Source of the DNA: Campylobacterales bacterium
GTDB lineage: Bacteria; Campylobacterota; Campylobacteria; Campylobacterales; Sulfurimonadaceae
Length of the DNA: 64,000 nucleotides
NCBI GenBank assembly: GCA_038205935.1
Contig: JBBRBK010000003.1
Coordinates: 1 to 64,000 of the forward strand
Direction: 5' to 3'
The notes below the pieces were generated by a model that was given only the letters and a program-made list of their open reading frames with translations, searched no databases and was not told the origin of the DNA. How positions within the stretch are numbered: position 1 is the first letter of the stretch; every line of letters begins with the position of its first letter. Of the stretch, positions 1 through 10,399 are shown piece by piece. The translations under genes were made by a program, and so were the position numbers.

Positions 1-528
1 TCCGCCTATAGTTGCTATCTTCACATTCTCACCAATATGTGCTTGAACTTGATGAAGATACAGCGTCGCTGATGTCGGAGAAACATCACGTCCATCAGTG
101 ATAAGGTGTAGTAGCACCTCTTTGCCTTGTGATGAAGCAATATCCGCGATTCCCATAAAATGATCAATATGAGAATGCACGCCACCATCACTCATAAGAC
201 CGATAAGATGGATTCGTTTTGATTTTTTGAGTAGATTTTTAAACTCTACATTATCTCCAAAAGTATGTTCATCGAGAGCCAAAGAGATCTTTACAAGATC
301 TTGGTATAACACCCGTCCACTTCCTATGGTCATGTGTCCAACTTCAGAGTTTCCCATCTGTCCATGTGGAAGTCCCACGCTAAGTCCAAAAGTATCTATA
401 AGCGAATGTGGAACGTTTTTAAAGAGTGCATCGTAAGTCGGTTTTTTAGCATTATAAAATGCGTTGTACTCTGTTTTATCAGAATACCCTATACCGTCTG
501 TGATAACTAAAACTGCTTTTTTAGACAA
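1..528 (-). CDS. gpmI: 2,3-bisphosphoglycerate-independent phosphoglycerate mutase, 5' part (runs off window)
   Basis: Manual translation from TTG at 528: [14 protein letters not shown]...[21 protein letters not shown]...[10 protein letters not shown]-like AAGGGG upstream. Confidence 0.95.
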   Translation of the reverse strand, partial: MSKKAVLVITDGIGYSDKTEYNAFYNAKKPTYDALFKNVPHSLIDTFGLSVGLPHGQMGNSEVGHMTIGSGRVLYQDLVKISLALDEHTFGDNVEFKNLLKKSKRIHLIGLMSDGGVHSHIDHFMGIADIASSQGKEVLLHLITDGRDVSPTSATLYLHQVQAHIGENVKIATIGG

Positions 529-626
529 TCTATCCCCTTTTTATTTGTTGTTTTAAAAAATATTTTAACAAAAGATTGGGACGATTATACTATAATCTCA
601 TTTTAAAATTTATTTAGGAATTTGCC

Positions 627-1688
627 TTGCTTTATTGGATACACCTACATTTTAATATTAATATACTTGGATACATCACCATTCGCGCCGGAATTGCCTT
701 TGTTTTAGGTTTGACTCTCACACTTATTTTAATGCCTCGATTTATCAAATGGGCAAAAGGGAGTTCAAGCGTACAACCTATCAATGAATGGGCACCTGAG
801 GCTCATCAGCAAAAAGGTAAAACGCCGACAATGGGCGGAATGGTCTTTATTTCTGCGACACTATTTGCTTCACTTTTAACCGTTAATCTCACAAATATTT
901 ATGTTATCGGTGCATTAGCAACAATTTTAACATTTGCCCTTATCGGTTTCCAAGATGATATGGCAAAGATCAGAAGCAAAGTCAATACAGCAGGTCTCTC
1001 TCCAAGAGCTAAACTTTTTGCTCAAATCATCAGCGCTGGAGGGATTGCAACATTTTTATATATCTTTGTAGAGTTTGATACTGATCTTTATCTCCCATTT
1101 ATGAAAGCGCCAATCGTTGATATGGGCATCTTTTCCATTCTTTTTTGGATTGTTGTTATGGTGGCAACGTCCAATGCGGTCAATCTCACTGATGGACTCG
1201 ATGGTTTAGCGACTGTTCCTTCCATCGCAGCACTTTCATCCCTTAGTTTCATCGTTTATGCGACAGGTAACGTTATCTTTACAGACTACCTTTTGATCCC
1301 GCACTTTAATGTCGGTGAAGTCGTTATCATCTCTTCTGCGCTTATCGGTTCACTTGCGGGATTTTTATGGTATAACTGTCATCCTGCGGAAGTATTTATG
1401 GGAGACAGCGGTTCTTTGACGCTTGGCGCATTTATCGCTTATATGGCTATCATCTCTAAAGTAGAAATCCTGCTTTTACTGATCGGGCTTATCTTTGTTA
1501 TTGAAACGCTTTCGGTTATATTACAAGTTGGAAGTTATAAACTCAGGAAGAAACGTGTTTTTCTTATGGCGCCTATCCATCATCACTTTGAGATGAAAAA
1601 TTGGGCTGAAAACAAGATCATCGTAAGATTTTGGCTGATTGCAATCATCTCCAATCTTATCGCTATCATCACGCTAAAGATACGTTAA
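627..1688 (+). CDS. mraY: Phospho-N-acetylmuramoyl-pentapeptide transferase
   Basis: KGKTPTMGG, NAVNLTDGLDGL, VFMGDSGS, MAPIHHHFE motifs; multi-TM. Confidence 0.97.
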   Translation: MLYWIHLHFNINILGYITIRAGIAFVLGLTLTLILMPRFIKWAKGSSSVQPINEWAPEAHQQKGKTPTMGGMVFISATLFASLLTVNLTNIYVIGALATILTFALIGFQDDMAKIRSKVNTAGLSPRAKLFAQIISAGGIATFLYIFVEFDTDLYLPFMKAPIVDMGIFSILFWIVVMVATSNAVNLTDGLDGLATVPSIAALSSLSFIVYATGNVIFTDYLLIPHFNVGEVVIISSALIGSLAGFLWYNCHPAEVFMGDSGSLTLGAFIAYMAIISKVEILLLLIGLIFVIETLSVILQVGSYKLRKKRVFLMAPIHHHFEMKNWAENKIIVRFWLIAIISNLIAIITLKIR

Positions 1689-1689
1689 G

Positions 1690-2922
1690 ATGGGTACTAC
1701 TTCTCTTTTTGGCTATGGCGGCACAACCAAAGCACTTGCTTTACATGCGAAGTGCCCCGAGGGTGCAAAGAACCCTATTTTTTATGATGACAAAGTTATC
1801 AAACCTTTTACAGATGAAAATGGTTTCAAAGTCAAACCTTCAAGTGATTTTGATCCGAGGTACTCTTCTTTAGAAATTACCTCTCCGGGTATTCCCCCTT
1901 ATCATCCCCTGATTCAAAAAGCACAGCATCTTATCAGCGAATATGATTATTTTGCAGATGTGATGCCTTTTTCTGTCTGGATCAGTGGAACAAATGGAAA
2001 AACGACAACGACACAAATGATGCAACATCTTCTACGTGAATATGGAAGTATTGAGGGTGGAAATATCGGTGTACCTTTGGCTAAGCTTGACCAGAGCGCG
2101 CCTCTTTGGATTTTAGAGACAAGCAGTTTTACACTTCACTATACCAACAAAGCAAAACCAAATTTGTATGTTTTACTGCCGCTCTCGCCTGATCATCTCT
2201 CTTGGCACGGCGACATGCAAGGTTATATCGATGATAAGCTAAAACCCATCAAGATGATGAAAGATGGAGAGATTGCCATAGTTCCAAGTGCATACAAAGA
2301 TATGCTCACATGTAAAGCAAATGTGATCTTTTACGAAGATGAAAATGATCTTGCAAAAACTCTTAACATAGACCTTGAAAGAATCAACTTTAAAGGTGTC
2401 TTTTTACTTGATGCACTTTTGGCTGTATGTGTTAAAAAGATCCTTTTCAATAAAACAGATTATGCGGGGATCAACGCTTTTGTTATCGATCCGCATCGCC
2501 AAGAAGAGCTCTTTGACTCAAAAGGCAGACTCTGGGTGAACGACACAAAAGCAACTAATCTCGATGCAACCATCGGAGCACTCAAACGTTATAAAGATAA
2601 ACATATCCATCTTATCCTCGGCGGAGATGATAAAGGTGTCGATCTGACTCAGCTTTTTGAGTTTATGAAACCTTTGCATGTAAGCGCTGGCATAAGCATC
2701 TATGCCATCGGCTCAAATCAAGATAAACTCCTCAAGCTTTCCGCTGAGTTTTCTCTTACATGTAAGGGTTGTGAAATCCTCGCAAATGCCATCAGCGAAA
2801 TAGACAAACTTCTCACAAAAAATGAAGTCGCTCTGCTCTCTCCAGCAGCTGCGAGTCTCGATCAATTCACCTCTTATGCACAGCGTGGAGACATATTTAA
2901 ACACCTTGTGAAAACTCTCTAA
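1690..2922 (+). CDS. murD: UDP-N-acetylmuramoyl-L-alanine--D-glutamate ligase
   Basis: SGTNGKTTT, GGNIG, LETSSF, NDTKATN, LLSPAAASLDQF; follows mraY; carries an 18-bp repeat insert near its 5' end. Confidence 0.95.
   Translation: MGTTSLFGYGGTTKALALHAKCPEGAKNPIFYDDKVIKPFTDENGFKVKPSSDFDPRYSSLEITSPGIPPYHPLIQKAQHLISEYDYFADVMPFSVWISGTNGKTTTTQMMQHLLREYGSIEGGNIGVPLAKLDQSAPLWILETSSFTLHYTNKAKPNLYVLLPLSPDHLSWHGDMQGYIDDKLKPIKMMKDGEIAIVPSAYKDMLTCKANVIFYEDENDLAKTLNIDLERINFKGVFLLDALLAVCVKKILFNKTDYAGINAFVIDPHRQEELFDSKGRLWVNDTKATNLDATIGALKRYKDKHIHLILGGDDKGVDLTQLFEFMKPLHVSAGISIYAIGSNQDKLLKLSAEFSLTCKGCEILANAISEIDKLLTKNEVALLSPAAASLDQFTSYAQRGDIFKHLVKTL
1739..1770 (+). repeat. 18-bp element copy 1, inside a TTACATG|CAAAG palindrome variant, in-frame in murD
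   Basis: CTTTACATG[CGAAGTGCCCCGAGGGTG]CAAAG; insert 1748-1765; near-identical to copies at 50987 and 52557. Confidence 0.8.
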
Positions 2923-3026
2923 TTTTTTAATAGTGATTAATAATTAAACAAGATTAGTTTCTATACAATGAGTCCAAGTAGTATAATATCTCAGCAGATT
3001 AAACGCTATATTTACGGAGGTGTCAT

Positions 3027-4391
3027 GTGTTAGAAAAAGAAACTGAGCTTCATAAGAAATTTTGGGAAATTTACTCCAAGCAAGATATTAAGAAAATCAA
3101 AGAGTTTCAAACGTATATGGATAAGTTCGCCGTTAACTTCAATCTTTACAAAGATGGAAACTTTATAGAAAGATCTCTCCCTTTTGATGTTATTCCTCGC
3201 ATCATCTCAAAACAAGAGTTTAACAAAATAGAAAAAGGGCTCCAACAAAGGGTCCAAGCGCTTAACCTCTTTTTAGAAGACCTCTACACTGATGCAAAAA
3301 TTATCAAAGAGGGAATTATTCCTCAAGAGTTTGTCGAGCAAGCTTCGGGTTATTTGAAAGAATTTAAAGGCTTTTCTCCATCAAAAAAAATACGAACACA
3401 TATTAATGGAATCGATCTTGTAAAAGACACGGTCAATGATGAATGGGTTATTTTAGAAGATAATCTTAGAGTACCAAGTGGCTCAAGTTATCCACTTTCC
3501 ATCAGAGATACTTACAGAAAAATCTACCCAGACTTTTTTGAGCAGCTCAAAATCGAACCTATAAAAGAGTATCCAAGCTTTATTGCAGATGCTATGAATT
3601 ACGTTAGTTGCGGCGGCATCAACGTTGTTTTAACTCCAGGACGTTTTAATTCTGCTTATTATGAACATAGCTATCTTGCAGAAAAAATGAATGCGCAACT
3701 TGTCCGCGCGCATGAACTTGTTGTCAAAGATAAAAAACTCTACTTTAAAAACTATAATGGAAAACTTATCCGTGTAGGTTCAGTCTACAGAAGACTTGAT
3801 GATGATTTTATCGATCCGACATTTTTCAATCCCCAGAGCCTTATAGGTGTTCCTGGAATCGTCGAAGCGTATCTTGCGGGTAATGTTGCGCTGATGAATG
3901 CCATTGGAAACGGCGTTGCTGATGATAAAGGGATCTACTATTTCGTTCCAAAAATGATCCAGTACTATCTCGGTGAAGAACCGATTCTTAAAAATGCTCC
4001 GACCTACTTGCCATATTTTGCTAAAGATAAAGAGTATATCTTTAACAATATAGAAAAACTGGTTATCAAAGATGTTGCTGAAGCTGGCGGATACGGTGTA
4101 CTTTTTGGTCATACGATGACAAAAATCCAACTTGATGATCTCAAAAAAATCATAGAAGCTGATCCTAGAAGATTTATAGCTCAAGAGCTTATAGAATTTT
4201 ATGACGAACAGTGCTATTTGGATCAGAAACTTGTTGCTAGAAAAGCAGATTTTAGAGCTTATGTGGTTATGGGTGAAGATATCAAAGTTTGGCAGTGTGG
4301 TCTTACAAGATATGCGCTTGAAGAAGGAAACTATCTCGTCAACTCATCACAAGGTGGCGGTTTTAAAGATACTTGGGTAATGGAGCTATAA
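3027..4391 (+). CDS. Circularly permuted type 2 ATP-grasp protein (putative peptide ligase)
   Basis: PFDVIPR, LEDNLRVPSG, NSAYYEHSYLA, YRRLDDDFIDP, NSSQGGGFKDTWV; GGAGG SD before GTG. Confidence 0.92.
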   Translation: MLEKETELHKKFWEIYSKQDIKKIKEFQTYMDKFAVNFNLYKDGNFIERSLPFDVIPRIISKQEFNKIEKGLQQRVQALNLFLEDLYTDAKIIKEGIIPQEFVEQASGYLKEFKGFSPSKKIRTHINGIDLVKDTVNDEWVILEDNLRVPSGSSYPLSIRDTYRKIYPDFFEQLKIEPIKEYPSFIADAMNYVSCGGINVVLTPGRFNSAYYEHSYLAEKMNAQLVRAHELVVKDKKLYFKNYNGKLIRVGSVYRRLDDDFIDPTFFNPQSLIGVPGIVEAYLAGNVALMNAIGNGVADDKGIYYFVPKMIQYYLGEEPILKNAPTYLPYFAKDKEYIFNNIEKLVIKDVAEAGGYGVLFGHTMTKIQLDDLKKIIEADPRRFIAQELIEFYDEQCYLDQKLVARKADFRAYVVMGEDIKVWQCGLTRYALEEGNYLVNSSQGGGFKDTWVMEL

Positions 4392-4392
4392 C

Positions 4393-5064
4393 ATGGGACA
4401 AATAATAACAGCAAATGTAGCAACAAGTCTTTACTGGCTTGGAAGGTATATAGAACGTATTGAAAAAACACTTTATCAGGTCATCAAAGCGTATGACAAA
4501 GTCATTGATGTCGACAAAGATGCAGGTATAAAGCTTTATGATAATTTTGGTATAGATTTAAAATATGACACGGCTATGGAGTTTTTGGCAGTTGCTCTTA
4601 CAGGTGAGCATTCTTCCAATATGCTAACTCTCGCAGGCTTTGCAAGAGAAAATGCAATTATCAGCCGTAATCATCTCAACAATGCCTCTTTTGGAGAGAT
4701 CATCGCCTTGAATGCTCTTTTTCAAAATACTACAAAAGCGCATGTAATTATTGACTATAAAATTATAGACGATGCTCAATCACTTATTAGTGAGATTTGG
4801 GGAGAGTTTGCAAAACGCGAACATAAGCAAAATAATGATTATTTTATAAAACTTGGCAAACTTGTCGAAGAAGTTGATTTTTATTTTAGATTTCATGCAG
4901 AGGATGAATACTCTGCAATCATCGTGGCGGAGATTCATACTATCTTAGATATTTTATCTGGAAAAACTGCTTCTTCTACAAGCCAATCACAAAAACAGAG
5001 TGGCACTTCTATAGATACGATGAGTGCAATATACAAAAAAATAGACACTATTATAATCGAGTAA
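4393..5064 (+). CDS. Alpha-E domain protein
   Basis: SLYWLGRYIERIE and ARENA motifs; directly follows the ATP-grasp gene. Confidence 0.88.
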   Translation: MGQIITANVATSLYWLGRYIERIEKTLYQVIKAYDKVIDVDKDAGIKLYDNFGIDLKYDTAMEFLAVALTGEHSSNMLTLAGFARENAIISRNHLNNASFGEIIALNALFQNTTKAHVIIDYKIIDDAQSLISEIWGEFAKREHKQNNDYFIKLGKLVEEVDFYFRFHAEDEYSAIIVAEIHTILDILSGKTASSTSQSQKQSGTSIDTMSAIYKKIDTIIIE

Positions 5065-5065
5065 C

Positions 5066-6016
5066 ATGCAAATAACAGAGATTTTTTCTTCACAACTTCC
5101 AGTTGGCGAAAAACTGACCATCAAAAAAGGTAGGTTTGAGCCCAAAGAAAGAAAGCCAGATATAAAACGTATCAGTATTGTAAGTGGAACTCACGGTGAT
5201 GAACTCGAAGGTCAGTATGTCATCTATCTGCTTTCTGCGTGGCTTCGTGAAAATCCAGATGCCATAAACGGTATTATCGATCTTTATCCCGCTGTAAATC
5301 CATTGGGAATCGACACGATTACAAGAGGATTTCCTATTTATGAGGTGGATCTCAATCGTGCATTCCCTGGCAGTAAACATGACTATCTTCCAGGTCAACT
5401 AGTCCATGCGCTTGCATCGGACGTTGAAGGAAGCGATATTGCTATCGATATTCACTCATCAAATATTTTCTTAAAAGAGATTCCTCAAATCAGAATCAAT
5501 AAAGAGTTTTCTTTGTCCACTCTTCCACTGGCAAAAAAACTCAATTGTGATTTTATCTGGATTCATGACGCCGTTACCGTACTTGAAGCTACTTTTTCCC
5601 ATACTATGAATGCAAGAGGAACAAAGACTTTAGTTGTTGAGATGGGAGTCGGAATGACTCTGACTCAAGTTTATGGCAAACAGCTTTTAAGCGGTATTTT
5701 AAATCTAATGAAATCCGAGGGAATCATTACATGTAAGGAAGAATTTGAACAAAGAGAACCCTTCTCCTCAGAAGTGGGAAATGTTTTTTATATCAATTCC
5801 CCATCAGCTGGTCTTTTTGTACAGTCAATTACCCATTGTGCGATCATAAAAAAAGGCGATATCATCGGAACAATCGTAGATCCTCTAAGTGGAAAGATAC
5901 ACGATACCCTTTACGCCCCAAGTGGTGGTATTTTATTTACTCTTAGAGAGTTTCCTGTTGTATATGAGGGTTCTCTTATAGCTAGAATTTTTGGAGAGAG
6001 TCATGAAAACAATTGA
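5066..6016 (+). CDS. M14-family metallopeptidase (succinylglutamate desuccinylase/aspartoacylase-like)
   Basis: GTHGDE, DLNRAFPG, DIHS, VVEMG; C-terminal barrel-sandwich-like segment. Confidence 0.88.
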   Translation: MQITEIFSSQLPVGEKLTIKKGRFEPKERKPDIKRISIVSGTHGDELEGQYVIYLLSAWLRENPDAINGIIDLYPAVNPLGIDTITRGFPIYEVDLNRAFPGSKHDYLPGQLVHALASDVEGSDIAIDIHSSNIFLKEIPQIRINKEFSLSTLPLAKKLNCDFIWIHDAVTVLEATFSHTMNARGTKTLVVEMGVGMTLTQVYGKQLLSGILNLMKSEGIITCKEEFEQREPFSSEVGNVFYINSPSAGLFVQSITHCAIIKKGDIIGTIVDPLSGKIHDTLYAPSGGILFTLREFPVVYEGSLIARIFGESHENN

Positions 6017-6938
6017 AATACTTCGAATAGACTCACTCAATCGTTCGCCACTCATCGTTGAAGGATATCTTTTTGAAGGATCAGATCCAACAGCGCCGAG
6101 CGTGGCTGTAGTAGGCGCACTTGAGGGAGAAACTATTTTACCTCTTTATACAGCTTCAAAGCTTGTAGATTTTTTAAGACATAGCTTAGATGATGAAGCG
6201 AAAATATTAGGAAATATCTTAGTAATTCCATCTGTCAATCATTACGCTTTAAATATCAATGAGCGTTTTTGGCCGCTTGATAAGACAGACCTCAATATGA
6301 TGTTTCCGGGATATGGTGAGGGAGAAACGACACAGAGAATTGCTAAAAAACTCTTTGATGCACTTAGAGGCTATACCCATGGGATTGTCTTAGAAACGAG
6401 AGAAGGAATCTCTACATGTATGCCCTATATTAGACTTTTTGAGTCAGGTTATGAGGATATAGAGTCTGCTAAAAGTTTTGGATATAGACTCATTCATCAT
6501 AAAAGTTTAAGACCTACAAATACAGTATCTCTACAATACAACTGGCAGCTTTGGGGGACAAAAGCTTACTCTGTCATTTGTCCAAGTGACACACATATCG
6601 ACCTCAATACATCCAATGAAATCTTTGATGGAATTGTAAACTTCCTCAGCAAAAACAAAATTATTGAGTATAAAGTTCTCTCAGGTTATGAGTCGACTAT
6701 TGTAAAAAATAGTGATATTGAGATCATAAAAACTTCCAAAAGCGGAATTTTCATCCCCACGAAAAGAATAGGAGCTACCATCAAAAAAGATGAGATGATA
6801 GGTAAAATCATCCACTCTCTTGAGGGAAAAGTAACACATAGAATCTTTTCGCCATGCGATGGACTCATTGCATGCGCATATAGAAACGGTCTTATTTTTG
6901 AAAATGCAGTTGCATTTCGTGTTATAAAAAGCGGTTAA
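6003..6938 (+). CDS. Second M14/AstE-AspA-like protein with degenerate zinc site
   Basis: DLNMMFPG paralogous to upstream gene; HGDE replaced by ALEGET; start placed at ATG 6003 after GGAG. Confidence 0.8.
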   Translation: MKTIEILRIDSLNRSPLIVEGYLFEGSDPTAPSVAVVGALEGETILPLYTASKLVDFLRHSLDDEAKILGNILVIPSVNHYALNINERFWPLDKTDLNMMFPGYGEGETTQRIAKKLFDALRGYTHGIVLETREGISTCMPYIRLFESGYEDIESAKSFGYRLIHHKSLRPTNTVSLQYNWQLWGTKAYSVICPSDTHIDLNTSNEIFDGIVNFLSKNKIIEYKVLSGYESTIVKNSDIEIIKTSKSGIFIPTKRIGATIKKDEMIGKIIHSLEGKVTHRIFSPCDGLIACAYRNGLIFENAVAFRVIKSG

Positions 6939-6948
6939 TTCCGCTTTT
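6927..6948. terminator. Hairpin between the convergent peptide-ligase operons
   Basis: AAAAGCGG-TTAATT-CCGCTTTT. Confidence 0.65.
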
Positions 6949-6959
6949 ATAAGTTGACA

Positions 6960-7901
6960 TTAATACTGGTTTTGACTCTGGCTTTGCGTCTGTACTTGTA
7001 CAAGTTCTTTTTTCTCTTCTCGCCTAACATCTACCATAACGGAAAGATGACTGCTTCCACTACTCGTAACCACTCCTTTAAGCGGAGAAATATCATGATA
7101 GTCCCGTCCGGAGCCCAGTAAAATATGCTGTTCCTGGGGAATGATATTATTTGTCGGATCAAACTCTGCCCAGCCTGCATTTGGAATATACACACTAAAC
7201 CATGCATGCGAAGCATCTGCTCCAAAGAGTTTCTCTTGTCCCTGTGGCGGGAGTGTTTCTATGTATCCGCTCATATATTTTGCAGGTAAGCCAATACTAC
7301 GAAGAGCAGAAATCCCAAACTGTGCAAAATCTTGACAAACACCCTTCTTGGACTCAAAAGTTTTCTCAACCGGGGTTGTAACATCACTAAAACCTGAAAC
7401 AAATTCGAAATCTCTATAAATACGTCCCATCAATTCATTCGTAGCTTCAAAAATATCTCTCTCTTTAGCAAACGATTCCAAGGCATAATCTCTAATGGCT
7501 TGAGATTTTCTTGTAATAAGTTTTGATTCGTACAAAAACTGTTTAGCCCTCAAGTCATCACTATGAAATTTTGATAAACGCTCTAACGCATCGCCAAAAG
7601 AGATACTTTTTGTCTTTAAGATATTGATCTGCTCTTTTATAATCTCTGGAAATATTTCTACTTTTGATTGTCCTATGACACTCAGTGATTTATGCGGTTC
7701 TCGCAATAAAAGATGAATATTAGCATTGCCAAAAGCGTCTAAAAACTCATGAGATTCATATTCTTTTGGCGTAAACTCAATAGAAAAATTTAAAAGTTTT
7801 TGATACATGCATTCTTTTGGTTTCAGCCTTGCAATATTATGACTAAAACTCACCATACTTTGATAATTAAAAACTGTTTTATGATAGATGTTATAGATCA
7901 T
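6960..7901 (-). CDS. Transglutaminase-like protein
   Basis: GVCQDFAQ, HAW, FDPTN triad motifs; GRDYHDISP; Gln-rich C-terminal tail. Confidence 0.93.
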   Translation of the reverse strand: MIYNIYHKTVFNYQSMVSFSHNIARLKPKECMYQKLLNFSIEFTPKEYESHEFLDAFGNANIHLLLREPHKSLSVIGQSKVEIFPEIIKEQINILKTKSISFGDALERLSKFHSDDLRAKQFLYESKLITRKSQAIRDYALESFAKERDIFEATNELMGRIYRDFEFVSGFSDVTTPVEKTFESKKGVCQDFAQFGISALRSIGLPAKYMSGYIETLPPQGQEKLFGADASHAWFSVYIPNAGWAEFDPTNNIIPQEQHILLGSGRDYHDISPLKGVVTSSGSSHLSVMVDVRREEKKELVQVQTQSQSQNQY

Positions 7902-7903
7902 GC

Positions 7904-10399
7904 TTACTCATCATAGTGGGAAAAGTAGGTATTTGAAAATTCATTTGAACACTCCAGATATAAGTCTGAAAGCTTGAGTAGCATTCCATCAAGTTTGGCA
8001 TAGATTCCCTCATCTTTTTGTATTTCCAGTAGACTCACAAGATCCATTGATTCAAGAAGTTTTTGTGCCTCAGCGATTGGTTTTTCATATGAAGTAAGTT
8101 CTGCTTTTGCTTTTGGTAAAAGTTTAAACTCTTTTAGTAACTCAGCTGTCATATAAGCCAAAGATTTTGGAAATTGTGGATTTAAAATCAAAAAATCGAC
8201 GACATTTTCCAAATTGACGGAACTTCTATAAAAAGCTCTATAAGTATTAAAACTCTCTAATGAATTCAACATTCCCTCTAAGACATCATGACCTATAAAT
8301 CTATCAAGTTTAAAACAAAGCATCGATCTGGACTTCGAGATCAATAAAAGTGCCGATTCTATATCAAACCCAATATCATAAATAACTAGTCCTTGCTCTT
8401 TAAAAATACTCTCTTGAACAAGTTCTTTGTATGCCATAAGATAGATGAGAAAATTATCAAGCTCATCTGCTACCATTAAAGTTGAATCATTTTCTCTACT
8501 AATAAACTCATTCCATTCTTTTTGCATCTTATCAAAAAGTTTCGAAGATTCAAAAGCTAAAAGATCTTTGAGGTTTATATTTGTATTAGAGAGCATTGAG
8601 ACTGTAAACGCAAGAGAACCGCCCCTGTCTTTGTCTTTAATGACAGATGTAATTTCAAGCATTGGAAAAATCACAAGACTCTTTTTGTTTGTAGTATCTA
8701 AAAAACCCGGATATGTCATCGTCATATGCGTAAGCGCATTGTGTAGTATTACCTGAGATTCTTGGGAAGTTACAACTTCATATCGATAAAAGTTAGTAAT
8801 CTTTTTAATTACATGCATAATAAGACGCGTCGTTGTAATCGCACGTGCAAGGTATCTGCCAAGCCAAAAAAGATTTTCAGCTTTTGGTGTTGAGATCTTA
8901 TCAATAGAGGTTTCAACATATTGAGCATATTTAAAAGAATGCTCCTTAGATATATCATCCTCTTTTCCACCCAATATCCACAAATCCTTACTTGTACCGC
9001 CTCGTTGCGAAGAAACGATGAGCGAATCTTTTCCTGCAGCTACCCGAACTAGACCACCATTCATCACGCTATAATCTTCACCTTTTTTTAGACAAAAAGT
9101 TCTTACAACGGCATTTCGAGGCTCAATTTTTCCATTTTCATAATGGGGAATTGTTGAAAAAGCAACCTCTTGTTGAGCAACATACTGGTGTGGGCTCTGT
9201 AAGAGAAGGCGCCTTAACACTTCACGCTCATTTTCAGACATAGACTTGCCAAAATAGACTTGAATACTTTCCGTTCTATCTATTTTCTTTATGATCAGTT
9301 TTTCAAGATTTTCTAGGACAAAATCTAGCTCTTTTTTCTGACCACACCACCATGTAGCAATCTGTGGAAGAATAAGTTTTTCTTTGAAAAAATATTCACA
9401 TATCTTTGCCATAAACGGGTTAATTCCCGCATTTTCCAAGACAGCACTACCGATTGGATTGATGACACTGAGGTTATTTTGTCTCATTGATTCTACAAGT
9501 CCGGCAACACCAAGTCTTGACTCATCGTTAAGCTCTAGAGGATCACAGTATCTGTCATCGACTCTTCTTAAAAGTGTATTGATCTTTTTTAAACCACTCA
9601 AACTTTTAAGCCAAAGAGAACCATTTTTACTGAGCAGATCATCCCCTTGAACAAGATCTATTTCCAAAAAAGAGCTTAGATATGCATGTTCAAAATAAGT
9701 CTCATTGTGTGGCCCAGGTGTTAAAATGGCCGCTTTTGAAAGATCTCCACCGCTCAGTTCTTCCAGCAGTTTTTTAAAATCTTCGACAAATGTATAGAGC
9801 TTCCTTGTCATAATATTAGGATAAAGATCTTTTACAATAGAGTTCATAGTAAGGCGGTTTTCTATGGCGTATCCAAGACCTGATGGCGCTTGTGTTCTGT
9901 CATTGATCACCCACATCTTTCCATCAGGCCCTCTTGCCATATCTGTTGCGTAAAAATAGAGGTTGAAGTTTTCTTTGTAGCCAAAGTCGAACACTTCAGG
10001 AGCATAACCTTTGTGTCCATAAACAACTTCTGCTGGAATGATATTTTCTTTGATAAGTTTTTGTTCGCCGTAAAGATCTTTTAAGATAAGGTTTAAAAGT
10101 TTTGCTCTTTGTTTTAGCCCTTTTCTTATCTCACTCCACTCATCTTCACAAATAACAAATGGAATAGGATCCATACTCCAAGAGCGCTGAGCACTCTTTT
10201 CTTGGGTATCATAAATGTTGAAAGTAACACCATTGTCTTCAAGGTGCCAGTCAATATCAGCCTGTTTCTCTTTTAAAAGATCCAAGCCTGCTTTTTCAAT
10301 ATCCTCAATAATATCTTTCCAATATTGTCTGATATTTTTTTTCTCATCGAATACCTCATCTATTGAGGATTCAGACACATAACTATCAAAAATCGGCAT
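7904..10399 (-). CDS. Circularly permuted ATP-grasp fused to C-terminal alpha-E domain
   Basis: DRTQAPSGLGYA, ETYFEHAYL, RRVDDRYCDP, SSQRGGTSKDLW, then AENLFWLGRY. Confidence 0.92.
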   Translation of the reverse strand: MPIFDSYVSESSIDEVFDEKKNIRQYWKDIIEDIEKAGLDLLKEKQADIDWHLEDNGVTFNIYDTQEKSAQRSWSMDPIPFVICEDEWSEIRKGLKQRAKLLNLILKDLYGEQKLIKENIIPAEVVYGHKGYAPEVFDFGYKENFNLYFYATDMARGPDGKMWVINDRTQAPSGLGYAIENRLTMNSIVKDLYPNIMTRKLYTFVEDFKKLLEELSGGDLSKAAILTPGPHNETYFEHAYLSSFLEIDLVQGDDLLSKNGSLWLKSLSGLKKINTLLRRVDDRYCDPLELNDESRLGVAGLVESMRQNNLSVINPIGSAVLENAGINPFMAKICEYFFKEKLILPQIATWWCGQKKELDFVLENLEKLIIKKIDRTESIQVYFGKSMSENEREVLRRLLLQSPHQYVAQQEVAFSTIPHYENGKIEPRNAVVRTFCLKKGEDYSVMNGGLVRVAAGKDSLIVSSQRGGTSKDLWILGGKEDDISKEHSFKYAQYVETSIDKISTPKAENLFWLGRYLARAITTTRLIMHVIKKITNFYRYEVVTSQESQVILHNALTHMTMTYPGFLDTTNKKSLVIFPMLEITSVIKDKDRGGSLAFTVSMLSNTNINLKDLLAFESSKLFDKMQKEWNEFISRENDSTLMVADELDNFLIYLMAYKELVQESIFKEQGLVIYDIGFDIESALLLISKSRSMLCFKLDRFIGHDVLEGMLNSLESFNTYRAFYRSSVNLENVVDFLILNPQFPKSLAYMTAELLKEFKLLPKAKAELTSYEKPIAEAQKLLESMDLVSLLEIQKDEGIYAKLDGMLLKLSDLYLECSNEFSNTYFSHYDE

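Noticed and set aside
227..436. 69-aa plus-strand ORF and the many other short ORFs nested in long genes
   Set aside because: Antisense or alternate-frame shadows of well-supported genes (here gpmI).
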